From a virus (Duplodnaviria; Caudoviricetes): a stretch of DNA of 64,000 bases. Under the pieces are notes generated by a model, which worked only from the letters and a program-made list of their open reading frames with translations, had not been told where the DNA came from and did no database searches. Position 1 is the stretch's first letter. The number at the start of each line of letters is the position of its first letter. A program made the position numbers and the translations under genes. Positions 30,530 through 39,835 of the stretch are shown one piece after another. Where the stretch lies: the IMG/VR virus record IMGVR_UViG_3300044630_004720. One strand, 5' to 3'.

Positions 30530-31567
30530 ATGAAGATTATACACACATATCAAAATACAGATAATGGTGGACCTTTAACAAGAAGTACTTTCTATTATAT
30601 GACTCTTTCTGCGTTACTGGCAAAAAGACACTACGGATACGTTGTTCTTTATACCAATAATGAGATAGCTGAGATGGTTAGAAAAATAGGTATTCCGTAT
30701 GATGAGATTAACACTGATTTATTAAATGAAGTTAGGGTTAAAACATTTTCGATTCCTAAAATGATGGTGTATACGGTACAAGAAGAACCTTTCATCCATA
30801 TTGATTTGGATTCCTTTATTTTTAAATCTATTGATTTTCCTAAGACAGATTTAATCTATTCAACATACGCTGAAGGGGATGGAGATGTTTTAAATTTTGA
30901 CACAAGTAATTCCGCGTTTTATAACACATACATCAAACGAACTTTTGAAATTCAAAATAAACTACCAAAAGAGTTTTTAAAATTTGTTAAGTTTAACAAA
31001 ATACCTAATATGTCAATTTTTGGTGGTAGCAATTATAAATTGATTAAAGAAGCCACCGAATATTGTTTAAACATATATAAAGAAACTCCGAGTTTATTTG
31101 ATAACAATTATTATAATGCTTGTGTAATCGAACAGTTATTCATTCCGTCTGCTATTAGAATGATATTGAACAATGTGAATCACGAATCGTTTAGATTTCT
31201 ATTTAAAGGAAATCCGTCATTTGTTGATTTTGTACCTGGCAATGATTGGGAATATCCATTTACCATAAGGTCCCAAAATGACAAGATTAAAATTGAGGAC
31301 AATGAGATTCTTTTTAAACACGTTATGTACGATTTTAATGGTTTTCTCCATTTGAATGGGTATAAAACGATGGAAGAACTTGTATTCTTGTTGAGACAAA
31401 GGATAATTGAAGATTTTGATGGTACAAAATATATAAAAGTTATTGATGAATATTTCCCTAAAAAGACTAAAGCGGATAAACTAATGATACTTTATCAAAG
31501 AAGGTTAAAATACTTTTCGGATAACATAACAACATTGATAACTAATAACAAAAGCGACACTAACTAA
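30530..31567 (+). CDS. DUF6734-like protein (GT-A/nucleotide-diphospho-sugar transferase-like)
   Basis: MKIIHTY, LYTN, FIHIDLDSFI, PNMSIFGG, IEQ. Confidence 0.5.
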   Translation: MKIIHTYQNTDNGGPLTRSTFYYMTLSALLAKRHYGYVVLYTNNEIAEMVRKIGIPYDEINTDLLNEVRVKTFSIPKMMVYTVQEEPFIHIDLDSFIFKSIDFPKTDLIYSTYAEGDGDVLNFDTSNSAFYNTYIKRTFEIQNKLPKEFLKFVKFNKIPNMSIFGGSNYKLIKEATEYCLNIYKETPSLFDNNYYNACVIEQLFIPSAIRMILNNVNHESFRFLFKGNPSFVDFVPGNDWEYPFTIRSQNDKIKIEDNEILFKHVMYDFNGFLHLNGYKTMEELVFLLRQRIIEDFDGTKYIKVIDEYFPKKTKADKLMILYQRRLKYFSDNITTLITNNKSDTN

Positions 31568-31579
31568 TACTTATTGTAG

Positions 31580-33226
31580 ATGTATACAATTGGAATTTCT
31601 GCATATTATCACGATTCGTCCGCCTGTCTCTTCAAAGACGATAAATTACTTTTCGCCTGTGAAGAAGAGAAGTTCACTGGTATCAAACACGACAGCTCTT
31701 TTCCTAAAAAAACAATTGAATATATATTCAATCATTACAATTTAACTAAAGACGATATTGAGGCGGTTTGCTATTACGAGAACCCGAAACTTAGATTTAA
31801 ACGAAAAAAATCTTTCCTCACCTCACTCCAAACAAATTTAAAAGTTTGGTGGAATCTAAGAAAAATATCAAATAATATTCATTATACACCACACCATATG
31901 TCACATATGGCGTACTCATATCTGTCATCAAATTTTGATAAATCAGTTATAGTTTCAATTGATGGGGTAGGTGAAACCACCACGATTTCATTTGGTAAGG
32001 GTGTAGGAGGTTCGTATTTTAAGATTAAAGATATTGATTATCCACATTCATTAGGTTTATTTTATTCCGCAATGACTGCGTTTTTAGGATTTAAACCAAA
32101 TGAAGGAGAGTATAAGGTTATGGGTTTAGCTGCATACGGTAACCCTGAAAAGTATAGACAAAAAGTAAAACAACTAATAAACTTCAACAACCTTACATTG
32201 ACTTGTAATTTAGAATGTTTCAATTGGAATCGTTCTAAAGATATGATGTTCACTCATAATCTGGTCGAACATTTGGGTATTGATAACAGACTACCTAACG
32301 AACCAATTACCGAAGACCACAAAGACTTAGCAGCGTCGATACAAGAAAGATATGAGGAATTATTTTTTGAAATTATAAAAGACGCTCAAGCGTTTTTCTA
32401 TTCTGAGAATTTAAGTTTAGGTGGAGGTTGTGCGTACAATGGTTGTGCAAATGGTAAAGTAATTGAAAAAGGATTATTTAAAAAATTATGGGTACCTCCC
32501 GCACCTTCAGATGCCGGTTCTTGTATTGGTAGTTGTCTTGATTATTTGGTTAATGTTAAAAAATTAAAAGTTAGAATACCACCAAATCCATTTTTGGGTC
32601 CATCATTTACCGATAATGAAATCCAATCTGTCCTAAACAAATATGGTAATAAAGTTTTTTATAGAAAACAGACCAAAGATAAATTAGTTAGCAGAACCGC
32701 ACACTACCTAAACTTAGGTTTGGTTGTAGGGTGGTTTCAAGATAATATTGAATTTGGTGCAAGAGCATTAGGTAATAGGTCAATACTTGCTAATCCGACC
32801 TTCCCTAAAATGCAAGAGAAAATTAACAAGGTGATAAAAAAACGAGAAGGGTTTAGACCATTTGCACCAATGGTTATTTTCGAACAACAAGATAAGTTTT
32901 TTGAGTCGAGAGAATTTATTCCATATATGAATCAGGTAGTTAAAGTTAGAGCTGAACATAGGGATAAATTACCTGCAGTTACTCACGTAGATGGAACTGC
33001 TAGGGTACAGTCAGTACTTCCAAATAGTTTGATTTATCAGTTGTTAAAAGAATTTGAACAACGAAGTGGATACCCGATTTTATTAAACACTTCTTTTAAT
33101 GTTAAAGACAAAACAATGGTATTAACACCAGAGGATGCAATTCTTACATACTTAGATACCGCAATGGATATTTTAGTTATGGGAGATTATATAATTTATA
33201 AAAATGATAAAAATAACACAAGATGA
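31580..33226 (+). CDS. O-carbamoyltransferase (NodU/CmcH family)
   Basis: GISAYYHDSSA, EEEKF...KH, HHMSH, GEYKVMGLAAYG, GGCAYN, EFGARALGNRSIL, FRPFAP, VTHVDGTARVQ, LNTSFN. Confidence 0.93.
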   Translation: MYTIGISAYYHDSSACLFKDDKLLFACEEEKFTGIKHDSSFPKKTIEYIFNHYNLTKDDIEAVCYYENPKLRFKRKKSFLTSLQTNLKVWWNLRKISNNIHYTPHHMSHMAYSYLSSNFDKSVIVSIDGVGETTTISFGKGVGGSYFKIKDIDYPHSLGLFYSAMTAFLGFKPNEGEYKVMGLAAYGNPEKYRQKVKQLINFNNLTLTCNLECFNWNRSKDMMFTHNLVEHLGIDNRLPNEPITEDHKDLAASIQERYEELFFEIIKDAQAFFYSENLSLGGGCAYNGCANGKVIEKGLFKKLWVPPAPSDAGSCIGSCLDYLVNVKKLKVRIPPNPFLGPSFTDNEIQSVLNKYGNKVFYRKQTKDKLVSRTAHYLNLGLVVGWFQDNIEFGARALGNRSILANPTFPKMQEKINKVIKKREGFRPFAPMVIFEQQDKFFESREFIPYMNQVVKVRAEHRDKLPAVTHVDGTARVQSVLPNSLIYQLLKEFEQRSGYPILLNTSFNVKDKTMVLTPEDAILTYLDTAMDILVMGDYIIYKNDKNNTR

Positions 33227-33336
33227 AAATTTTTAATTGGATAAAGAACAAGATAGTTCAATGGAAAAAGAAAAGGGAATTTAAAAAGAAATTAGCGGAA
33301 TTGAAAAAAAGAGACCCATTTGTTTACAAGCATTAA
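33223..33336 (+). CDS. Small basic protein, 37 aa (not in ORF track)
   Basis: MKIFNWIKNKIVQWKKKREFKKKLAELKKRDPFVYKH. It has an ATGA overlap with the carbamoyltransferase stop and ends 1 nt before the next ATG. Confidence 0.7.
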   Translation: MKIFNWIKNKIVQWKKKREFKKKLAELKKRDPFVYKH

Positions 33337-33337
33337 T

Positions 33338-33970
33338 ATGGTTGATGATATCATAGCATTAGTCGCTGTTGGTGAATTTTATATCCAAGAAATTAAAGAC
33401 TATTACTGGGATTTAAAAAAAGATGGTTTCACAATTAAAGTGCTAACCGACGATTCGTCACATTTTGATGTTAATGATGTTACCATATACAAAAGACCTG
33501 TTTTCAATTACTTTGATAAATTACATTTTTCACTTAGTCTCGTTGAGAGGTATGGTAAAAATGTAATCTATATGGACGGTACGTCCGCACTACCAAAACA
33601 CATTGTTGCGAACATATCATCTCGTTCAGATTCTGATTTCATATACACATCAAATTGGCCAAAAGGTAATTTTTATGGTTACGAAGATGACCCCTGTTTT
33701 AGATATTTGTTTGAATATTTCCATTATAAAAATATACCAATAATTGACTATCCAACAATATTAGAACAAGTTATGGTTTTTAAAAAAACCATCAATTACG
33801 AACTAATTAATAAAGAACTTCAAATAATACAAACGGTATTTGATTACATATCTGTAATGAATAACAACACATACATAAGACCATTTGTATTGGGTTCGGC
33901 GGAAGGATTAGCACTTTCTATAGTACTAACAAATAATAACATTCCATTTACTAAAATTAACATAGAATGA
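33338..33970 (+). CDS. Putative GT-A-like protein (paralogue of 10177-10920)
   Basis: VAVGEFY, NYFDK, IYMDG, SAEGLAL. Start re-set to MVDDII. Confidence 0.4.
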   Translation: MVDDIIALVAVGEFYIQEIKDYYWDLKKDGFTIKVLTDDSSHFDVNDVTIYKRPVFNYFDKLHFSLSLVERYGKNVIYMDGTSALPKHIVANISSRSDSDFIYTSNWPKGNFYGYEDDPCFRYLFEYFHYKNIPIIDYPTILEQVMVFKKTINYELINKELQIIQTVFDYISVMNNNTYIRPFVLGSAEGLALSIVLTNNNIPFTKINIE

Positions 33971-34911
33971 AGATAATTTTTGTAAATTGGACTAAACCCT
34001 TCTTTCACAGGGATAAATTTGATGGGTATAAGAAAGATATAACAATTGTTGATGAAGGGGAAGAATATCAATTACAACCATATGAGTTGTATATGCAACT
34101 GGCTGCGATAACTAGTGCGAAGAAATTTGGAGGAGTACCTATAAAGTTATATACCGATACTGTTGGTTATGACTACTATACAAAAATTGGATTTATTGAT
34201 TTATTTGATGAGATTGATATTGATGTATTAAATAAGTTAGATAGTACATTGGTGAATCCCGCACAGTTTTGGACTAGTGGTAAGATATTCTCAATATGTC
34301 ACGAGAAGCCCCCATTTATATTTTTAGACTTAGATTTAATTATCAAATCACCATTACCTAAGTGGTTATTTAATTATGATGTAGTCCACACCCATTGGGA
34401 GATGTTAAGAGGTCATATGTTTATACACGACTATCAACTAAGGGAGGTTAAATTACATATGCCGGAGTTTGAAGAGAGAATGGCTATACCTAACACTTCA
34501 TTTTTATTTATTAACAACAATTTACTACTCAAGAAATATCGAGAGCTTCATATGAGGATTGTTAATAAAACTTATGAAAGAGTCTCGGATTGGTTATGGT
34601 TAATGTCGGACCAAAACATATTAGGGTACACCATTAGAAATTTAGATTTAAAGGTTGGAGACATTGAGAATCGTATCTTCATCCAATTCGCAGACCCATA
34701 TGACAAAAGACATATGCAAGGTTATATTTCAGATTGGATGGAATATGATGGATGTGAAAAAAACATCCCAAAAATAGAATATGACCACATATGGTTGAAA
34801 AAATCACATATCGTTAATAATGAGGAATACAGAACAAAGAGAATTAACGATTTTAAACATATCACAATCGACAACGGATACGAAAGTTATTTAAGTAAGT
34901 TAAGTAGTTGA
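33967..34911 (+). CDS. DUF6734-like protein (second copy)
   Basis: LYTDTVG, FW..GK, FIFLDLDLII, PNTSFL, DQ. Confidence 0.5.
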   Translation: MKIIFVNWTKPFFHRDKFDGYKKDITIVDEGEEYQLQPYELYMQLAAITSAKKFGGVPIKLYTDTVGYDYYTKIGFIDLFDEIDIDVLNKLDSTLVNPAQFWTSGKIFSICHEKPPFIFLDLDLIIKSPLPKWLFNYDVVHTHWEMLRGHMFIHDYQLREVKLHMPEFEERMAIPNTSFLFINNNLLLKKYRELHMRIVNKTYERVSDWLWLMSDQNILGYTIRNLDLKVGDIENRIFIQFADPYDKRHMQGYISDWMEYDGCEKNIPKIEYDHIWLKKSHIVNNEEYRTKRINDFKHITIDNGYESYLSKLSS

Positions 34912-34936
34912 TTTTCTCTTAATTTTTATGTATATT
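34908..34936 (+). promoter_or_regulatory. sigma70-type promoter
   Basis: TTGATT-N17-TATATT with TG just upstream of the -10, 8 nt before the cysC ATG. Confidence 0.6.
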
Positions 34937-34943
34937 ATATCTT

Positions 34944-35381
34944 ATGATATACTGGTTCACAGGACAACCCGGCGCAGGTAAAACTACCCTATCAAAACAT
35001 CTGATTTCGTATTTAGAAAATACCGAAAAAGTGATTCACATTGATGGGGATGACCTAAGATTAATTTTTGAAAACAAAGACTTTTCAGAAACAGGCAGAA
35101 GAAAAAACATAGAAAGAGCACAAGACATTGCTCGTTTTATGAATGAAAAGGGATACACAGTTGTGGTGTCATTAGTTTCTCCATATAAAGATATGAGAGA
35201 TAACTTTAAAACTCACAATTCGGTGATTGAATTTTATGTACACACAACTGAAACAAGAGGAAGAGAATCGTTTCACGTGTCAAATTACGAACCCCCAACA
35301 GAAAATTTTATTGATATTAATACCACTAACAAAGATGAAAGAGAATCTTTCATCGAATTAATTAAATTTATAGATTTATGA
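34944..35381 (+). CDS. cysC: Adenylyl-sulfate (APS) kinase
   Basis: WFTGQPGAGKTTL P-loop, IDGDDLR, DFSETGRRKNI, SLVSPY..R, YEPP. Confidence 0.9.
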   Translation: MIYWFTGQPGAGKTTLSKHLISYLENTEKVIHIDGDDLRLIFENKDFSETGRRKNIERAQDIARFMNEKGYTVVVSLVSPYKDMRDNFKTHNSVIEFYVHTTETRGRESFHVSNYEPPTENFIDINTTNKDERESFIELIKFIDL

Positions 35382-35761
35382 AAAAGTATGCATTGTACAT
35401 CGGAAGATGGCAAAATTGGCACGCAGGACACGAATGGTTAATTAGCCAACAATTAGATAAAGGGAAAAATGTATGGGTGGCTATTAGGGATGTTGAAGTT
35501 GATGAGAACAACCCTAAAACCGCACAAGAAGTATTCCAAGAACTAATCAAAGTACCATTTTTTAATGAGAATTTTGATAAAATACTTCTCTCAATTATAC
35601 CTGATATCGAATCCGTAAACTATGGTAGAGGTGTAGGTTATGAGGTGATTTATCATAATCCCCCATCGGATATTGAAAGTATCAGCGGAACCAAAATAAG
35701 ACAAGGTTATATGGACAGCAACGGAGACGTTATTGTCTATTCAGTAGATGATGTGAAATGA
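35378..35761 (+). CDS. HIGH-family nucleotidylyltransferase (candidate minimal sulfate adenylyltransferase)
   Basis: YIGRWQNWHAGH (HxGH) and ISGTKIR. Overlap-coupled to cysC. Confidence 0.65.
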   Translation: MKKYALYIGRWQNWHAGHEWLISQQLDKGKNVWVAIRDVEVDENNPKTAQEVFQELIKVPFFNENFDKILLSIIPDIESVNYGRGVGYEVIYHNPPSDIESISGTKIRQGYMDSNGDVIVYSVDDVK

Positions 35762-35979
35762 TAGTAGAACGTAAAAGACACATAGCCAAAACAATATCAT
35801 ATAGAGTAGTATCAACCTTAATCGGGTTTGGTATAATGTGGTGGTTGAGTGGGGACCTTAAAGTAGGGGCGGCGTTCGGTGTCGCGGAACTTGTCTATAA
35901 ACCAATCCAATATTACATACACGAAAGAGTTTGGTATAGGTGGATAAAATACGGTTTAAAAGATAAAAATAAGTTATAA
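35758..35979 (+). CDS. DUF2061-like small membrane protein
   Basis: RHIAKTISYRVVST...YYIHERVW. Confidence 0.75.
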   Translation: MIVERKRHIAKTISYRVVSTLIGFGIMWWLSGDLKVGAAFGVAELVYKPIQYYIHERVWYRWIKYGLKDKNKL

Positions 35980-36540
35980 ATGGATAAATTATATACGGTT
36001 GAAAATTTTCTTAGTGAAAATGAATGTTTGAGTATCTTAACAAAATACAAATCCGAATTAAAACTAAAACCCGCTGAAGTGGCGGTAAAGGAGGGCAATA
36101 CATTTAGTGATAAAAGGAAATCATCCATTGCATTTATTGACGGTATAGAAACGATAGATGAGAGAATTAAGAACACATTAAAGAATCTTATACAAATCAA
36201 AGGATTTGAAGTAACAGGTTTAGGTCCATACCAATTTACGGAATATAAAGTCGGTGAGTATTATGATTGGCACACCGACTCATCATCAATTGGAGATGAA
36301 TATAAGGACAGATTTTGCTCTATTGTCATTCAGATTAATGATGAATATGATGGTGGATATCTTCAATTAAAAGATGAGAATGGAAATAATATTCAATTGG
36401 ATAAGGGTATTGGTACAATGTATATATTTTATTCAAATATAGTACATAGAGTGGTTCCGGTCACTAATGGAGTTAGGTATTCTTTAGTTAATTGGGTATC
36501 TCTTAGAAAATTAGAAAATTTTAAAAAAACACTATTGTAA
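35980..36540 (+). CDS. 2OG-Fe(II) oxygenase (prolyl 4-hydroxylase-like)
   Basis: YDWHTD, YDGGYL, HRVVPVTNGVRYSLV. Confidence 0.88.
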   Translation: MDKLYTVENFLSENECLSILTKYKSELKLKPAEVAVKEGNTFSDKRKSSIAFIDGIETIDERIKNTLKNLIQIKGFEVTGLGPYQFTEYKVGEYYDWHTDSSSIGDEYKDRFCSIVIQINDEYDGGYLQLKDENGNNIQLDKGIGTMYIFYSNIVHRVVPVTNGVRYSLVNWVSLRKLENFKKTLL

Positions 36541-36555
36541 CATACACCCATCCCA

Positions 36556-36584
36556 TTGATAAAAAAAATACCCATATTTATAAT
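36556..36584 (+). promoter_or_regulatory. sigma70-type promoter (overlaps a TATTTATA element)
   Basis: TTGATA-N17-TATAAT, 24 nt upstream of the ATG at 36609. Confidence 0.7.
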
Positions 36585-36608
36585 AGAATAAAAAAATAAT
36601 AAGACAAT

Positions 36609-38060
36609 ATGAAATCACTATTAATCGCGACGGACTTAATAAAAACAGTTTCAGGAGATGTAAAAGTACTGGAAACAAACACAAACGCTCTTGTAAATTA
36701 TAAATTTGACGATAATATACATTATTTGGATAATCTTACTGCGTTTATCCAATCCAACCAATTCCAAACGGTACATTGTATATATCCAATTTACTCTTCT
36801 AATTTTACCAAAAAGCTAAAAGAAATATGTGAATCATTAAACATATCTGTCGTTCAGCACCCTACGGATACCGGTTCAGTTACCGTTCCATACATTGAAG
36901 ATTCAGAAGATATTTTGATTATTAGAATTTCATATGATACGACTGCGATAATTGATGAGGAGTACTGTAAAGACAAATTCAAATTACAGAGCATTATTAA
37001 TAACAAAACCTATGGTTCTAAAACATTTATACCAAACGAAATAGATAATTTTGCGTCAATATCAGATTTTCAATATTCAGACGATGTACCAAATTTCATA
37101 GTAAAAAAGAGATTTCCTAATTATGATAGAGAAATTTATCCCAAATTATATAAAGTACAAAACTTGGCAGAATTAAACGAATTAAAGACTACAATAGAAT
37201 CCGATTGTTATTTACAAGAATTCCACCATTCAGAATTAGTACAGGGTAAAAGATGTGTTATAAGAAGTTTAGACCTTCTTTATGGTAGTAATTTAGATGT
37301 GTTAAATATTTGTAGTTTTTATAAGACAAACCAATTGGCTGAGAATCAATGGGAAAACACATATAATGAGGAGGGGTTGTTGGATAAAAAAGATAGACCA
37401 AAATATATAACAAACACAAACGAAAATCATAATTCTTTTTGGCCTTACGTTTATGATGTTGACCAAGAATTGGTTATGGGTGATGGAGGTAGAAAACCAT
37501 TTAATGAATTACAAATTGGTAATAGTGTTAAAACTGTACATATTGATGGGTTAGATTTGGATGAAAGAGCATATAAAATGTTTGAGTGGGTCGGAAACTA
37601 TAATGATTTTGTATCTAATATTTATCTTAAAGAAACCCAGGTAACATCTATATTTACATCTCCCCCAACATCACAATTATTTTTAAGAGTTACTTTAGAT
37701 GACGGAGTAACAGAATGGGATGATTTGAATGAAACACCCCTATTAGTTAAGGTTGGTGAAACAATAATTTTTAAGGAGTTTGGAGACCTTGAAATTGGAG
37801 ATAGTATTGTAACTTTTAACTTTGAAACTAATTTACCTGAAATTAAAAACGTACAATCTATTGATGTTGTCTTTAAAGATGAACAAGTGTTAGGTTCTAT
37901 TGATGTTGAACCAGAAGATGTCTATATGCCGTTGGTTTCACAATATATTACGATTATTCAACACAACCAATGTAATAAAGGTTGTAAAGCAACAGGATGT
38001 GCGGATGCATATTATTGTGGAGATTGTACACCTGTTTTTTGTGGACCACCCCCAAAATAA
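36609..38060 (+). CDS. Circularly permuted ATP-grasp-like domain + Hint (intein-like) domain + 30-aa Cys-rich C-terminal peptide
   Basis: N-terminal ATDLIKTVSGDVKVLETNTN, IVKKR and YLQEF resemble CP-ATP-grasp motifs. Residues 281-453 carry Hint blocks (LVMGDGGRKPFNELQIGNSV; DLEIGD; IDVE...IIQHN). Confidence 0.6.
   Translation: MKSLLIATDLIKTVSGDVKVLETNTNALVNYKFDDNIHYLDNLTAFIQSNQFQTVHCIYPIYSSNFTKKLKEICESLNISVVQHPTDTGSVTVPYIEDSEDILIIRISYDTTAIIDEEYCKDKFKLQSIINNKTYGSKTFIPNEIDNFASISDFQYSDDVPNFIVKKRFPNYDREIYPKLYKVQNLAELNELKTTIESDCYLQEFHHSELVQGKRCVIRSLDLLYGSNLDVLNICSFYKTNQLAENQWENTYNEEGLLDKKDRPKYITNTNENHNSFWPYVYDVDQELVMGDGGRKPFNELQIGNSVKTVHIDGLDLDERAYKMFEWVGNYNDFVSNIYLKETQVTSIFTSPPTSQLFLRVTLDDGVTEWDDLNETPLLVKVGETIIFKEFGDLEIGDSIVTFNFETNLPEIKNVQSIDVVFKDEQVLGSIDVEPEDVYMPLVSQYITIIQHNQCNKGCKATGCADAYYCGDCTPVFCGPPPK
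37449..37967 (+). other. Hint/intein-like domain (Val281-Asn453), C-terminal His-Asn retained, N-terminal Cys and block-B TxxH absent
   Basis: VYDVDQELVMGDG aligns to the CxxxxTxVxMADG pattern. The terminal codons cac-aac (HN) lie at 37962-37967. Confidence 0.65.
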
Positions 38061-38096
38061 ATTTAAAAATAAAAATAAAAATAAAAATTATATATT

Positions 38097-38207
38097 ATGT
38101 TAATACAAACTATATTTGCACCTACGGAACAAGGAACTAAAACAGGAGTTGAAACCACAATACAAGATATGGTTTTAACAATTTTATCCGATGTCCAATC
38201 TTCTTAA
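38097..38207 (+). CDS. Small Thr-rich peptide, 36 aa (not in ORF track)
   Basis: MLIQTIFAPTEQGTKTGVETTIQDMVLTILSDVQSS fills the gap between two genes and has an A-rich leader. Confidence 0.55.
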   Translation: MLIQTIFAPTEQGTKTGVETTIQDMVLTILSDVQSS

Positions 38208-38228
38208 TTAATTGTTTAATTCAAACCG

Positions 38229-38522
38229 ATGCCAATAGATATACGAGAAATTACGGTAGCTTGGTGGGATTCTTATTTTGCGGATGATAATCAAAAAAAA
38301 TTAGCTAAAGAAAGGTTAAGTATTTGTGAAAGTTGTCCATCATTAGAACAAAAATTTAAAAAAATAAGAAAAATAACTATTAGTGTTTGCGGAGAATGTG
38401 GATGCCCAATTACCAAAAAAGTATTTTCAAATAAGTTTAATGCGTGTCCTTTGGGTAAATGGAAAGAAGTAGATGAATCACAACCAGAATTTTTTAAAAT
38501 TAAAAAGGATAAATTAATATGA
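38229..38522 (+). CDS. Small Cys-rich, probably Zn-binding protein (DUF6171-like)
   Basis: RLSICESCP...CGECGCP...CPLGKW. Confidence 0.6.
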   Translation: MPIDIREITVAWWDSYFADDNQKKLAKERLSICESCPSLEQKFKKIRKITISVCGECGCPITKKVFSNKFNACPLGKWKEVDESQPEFFKIKKDKLI

Positions 38523-39118
38523 GTTACCCCTTTTATCAGGAAGTTATTTTTACAGACGAAGAGTGTAAAAAAATAATAGAATATTCTAAAGTTTATCCTG
38601 CAAATGCTGAAAAGAGAAAATTAGAACCTAATATAAATCTTGAAACAAATAGGGCGGAACAAAATATACCATCTATTGATGGAAAGAAAAAAGGAAAAGC
38701 CTTCTTTGTTTATGATATTGATAGGGAGGAAAATACAGAATGGGTTTTTCAAAAACTATTAAATTGGTTTCAAAAAGTTTCAAATATTAAATTAAAAGAA
38801 ACACATACATTAAATGGTATGACTCTACTTAACTATAAAGTTGGTGATTTTTTTATGAGACATACTGACATATATCCAAATTTTGAGTGGAGGAGATGGA
38901 CAATAAACATTCAGTTGGGTGACCAATATAAAGGAGGTGATTATGTTTTATATTTGGATGAGAAGGAAATTGTTTTGAACAAAGAAGTAGGTAACGCAAT
39001 TGCATATTGGGCAGGAACCGAACACGAAGTTAAAGAAATCAAAGAAGGTGAAAGATGGTCTATTGTGTGTTCGGTGGGAAAACACCTGATTATTGAGAAC
39101 GAAAAAAAGTTATTGTAA
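38519..39118 (+). CDS. 2OG-Fe(II) oxygenase
   Basis: RHTD, YKGGDY, EHEVKEIKEGERWSIV. Confidence 0.85.
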   Translation: MSYPFYQEVIFTDEECKKIIEYSKVYPANAEKRKLEPNINLETNRAEQNIPSIDGKKKGKAFFVYDIDREENTEWVFQKLLNWFQKVSNIKLKETHTLNGMTLLNYKVGDFFMRHTDIYPNFEWRRWTINIQLGDQYKGGDYVLYLDEKEIVLNKEVGNAIAYWAGTEHEVKEIKEGERWSIVCSVGKHLIIENEKKLL

Positions 39119-39119
39119 A

Positions 39120-39818
39120 ATGTCATTATTAATAAATAATGAATTAATTTGGATATCTGTTCCAAGATGTGCCAGTTATTCAATCGAAACATCTTTTTAC
39201 AACTCAAATTTAAAAATAGAACATTATAATAATTCGTTTAATCATTTAGCACCGGGTGATGTTGGGTTTGTACACGAACACTTTAATTTATATAATTTAA
39301 ATAATAGATGGTTAAATAAAAAAACAATTAGAATCAAAAGAGACTGGATGGAAAGATGGTTATCTGCTTTAGAACATCTTTGGTTCAGTATTGAGAAAGC
39401 AAACAATAGAAAGCCTATTATACCTTATGAGGAAATTGATAACGATTTTATTTATCAAACATTCACAAAAAAATTTGGAAATGAACTATATTCTGAAGGA
39501 GGTCAGTATAAAATATTTTACCATTTAATAAAAGATTTTGTACTTACAGAAAGTTTCAAATTAGGAACGAGGACCGGATTACTATGGTCTCAAAACTATT
39601 GGTTAAGTGGTGAAAAAAAGTGTGACTTCGAATTTGATATAAATGAATTAGATAAGTTCGCGGATTTTATCGAAAAAAAGTATGGTGAAAAATTAATTAT
39701 TGAACATCAAAACAAATCAAAAAAGAAAACGAACAAAATCATTATAAATGATGATTTAAAAAATCACATATGGGATGTCTTTGAATCTCCATTTCATAAA
39801 GTTTCAAAAATTTTTTAA
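39120..39818 (+). CDS. Sulfotransferase family 2-like protein
   Basis: WISVPRCASYSI (5'-PSB loop) and RDWMERWLSA (3'-PB), SQNYWL. Start re-set to MSLLIN. Confidence 0.65.
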   Translation: MSLLINNELIWISVPRCASYSIETSFYNSNLKIEHYNNSFNHLAPGDVGFVHEHFNLYNLNNRWLNKKTIRIKRDWMERWLSALEHLWFSIEKANNRKPIIPYEEIDNDFIYQTFTKKFGNELYSEGGQYKIFYHLIKDFVLTESFKLGTRTGLLWSQNYWLSGEKKCDFEFDINELDKFADFIEKKYGEKLIIEHQNKSKKKTNKIIINDDLKNHIWDVFESPFHKVSKIF

Positions 39819-39835
39819 CTTTCAATAAATAAAAT

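Noticed and set aside
37449-37967. A canonical splicing intein
   Set aside because: No N-terminal Cys/Ser, no block-B TxxH, the +1 residue is Gln, and there is no endonuclease domain. Kept only as a cleavage-type Hint.
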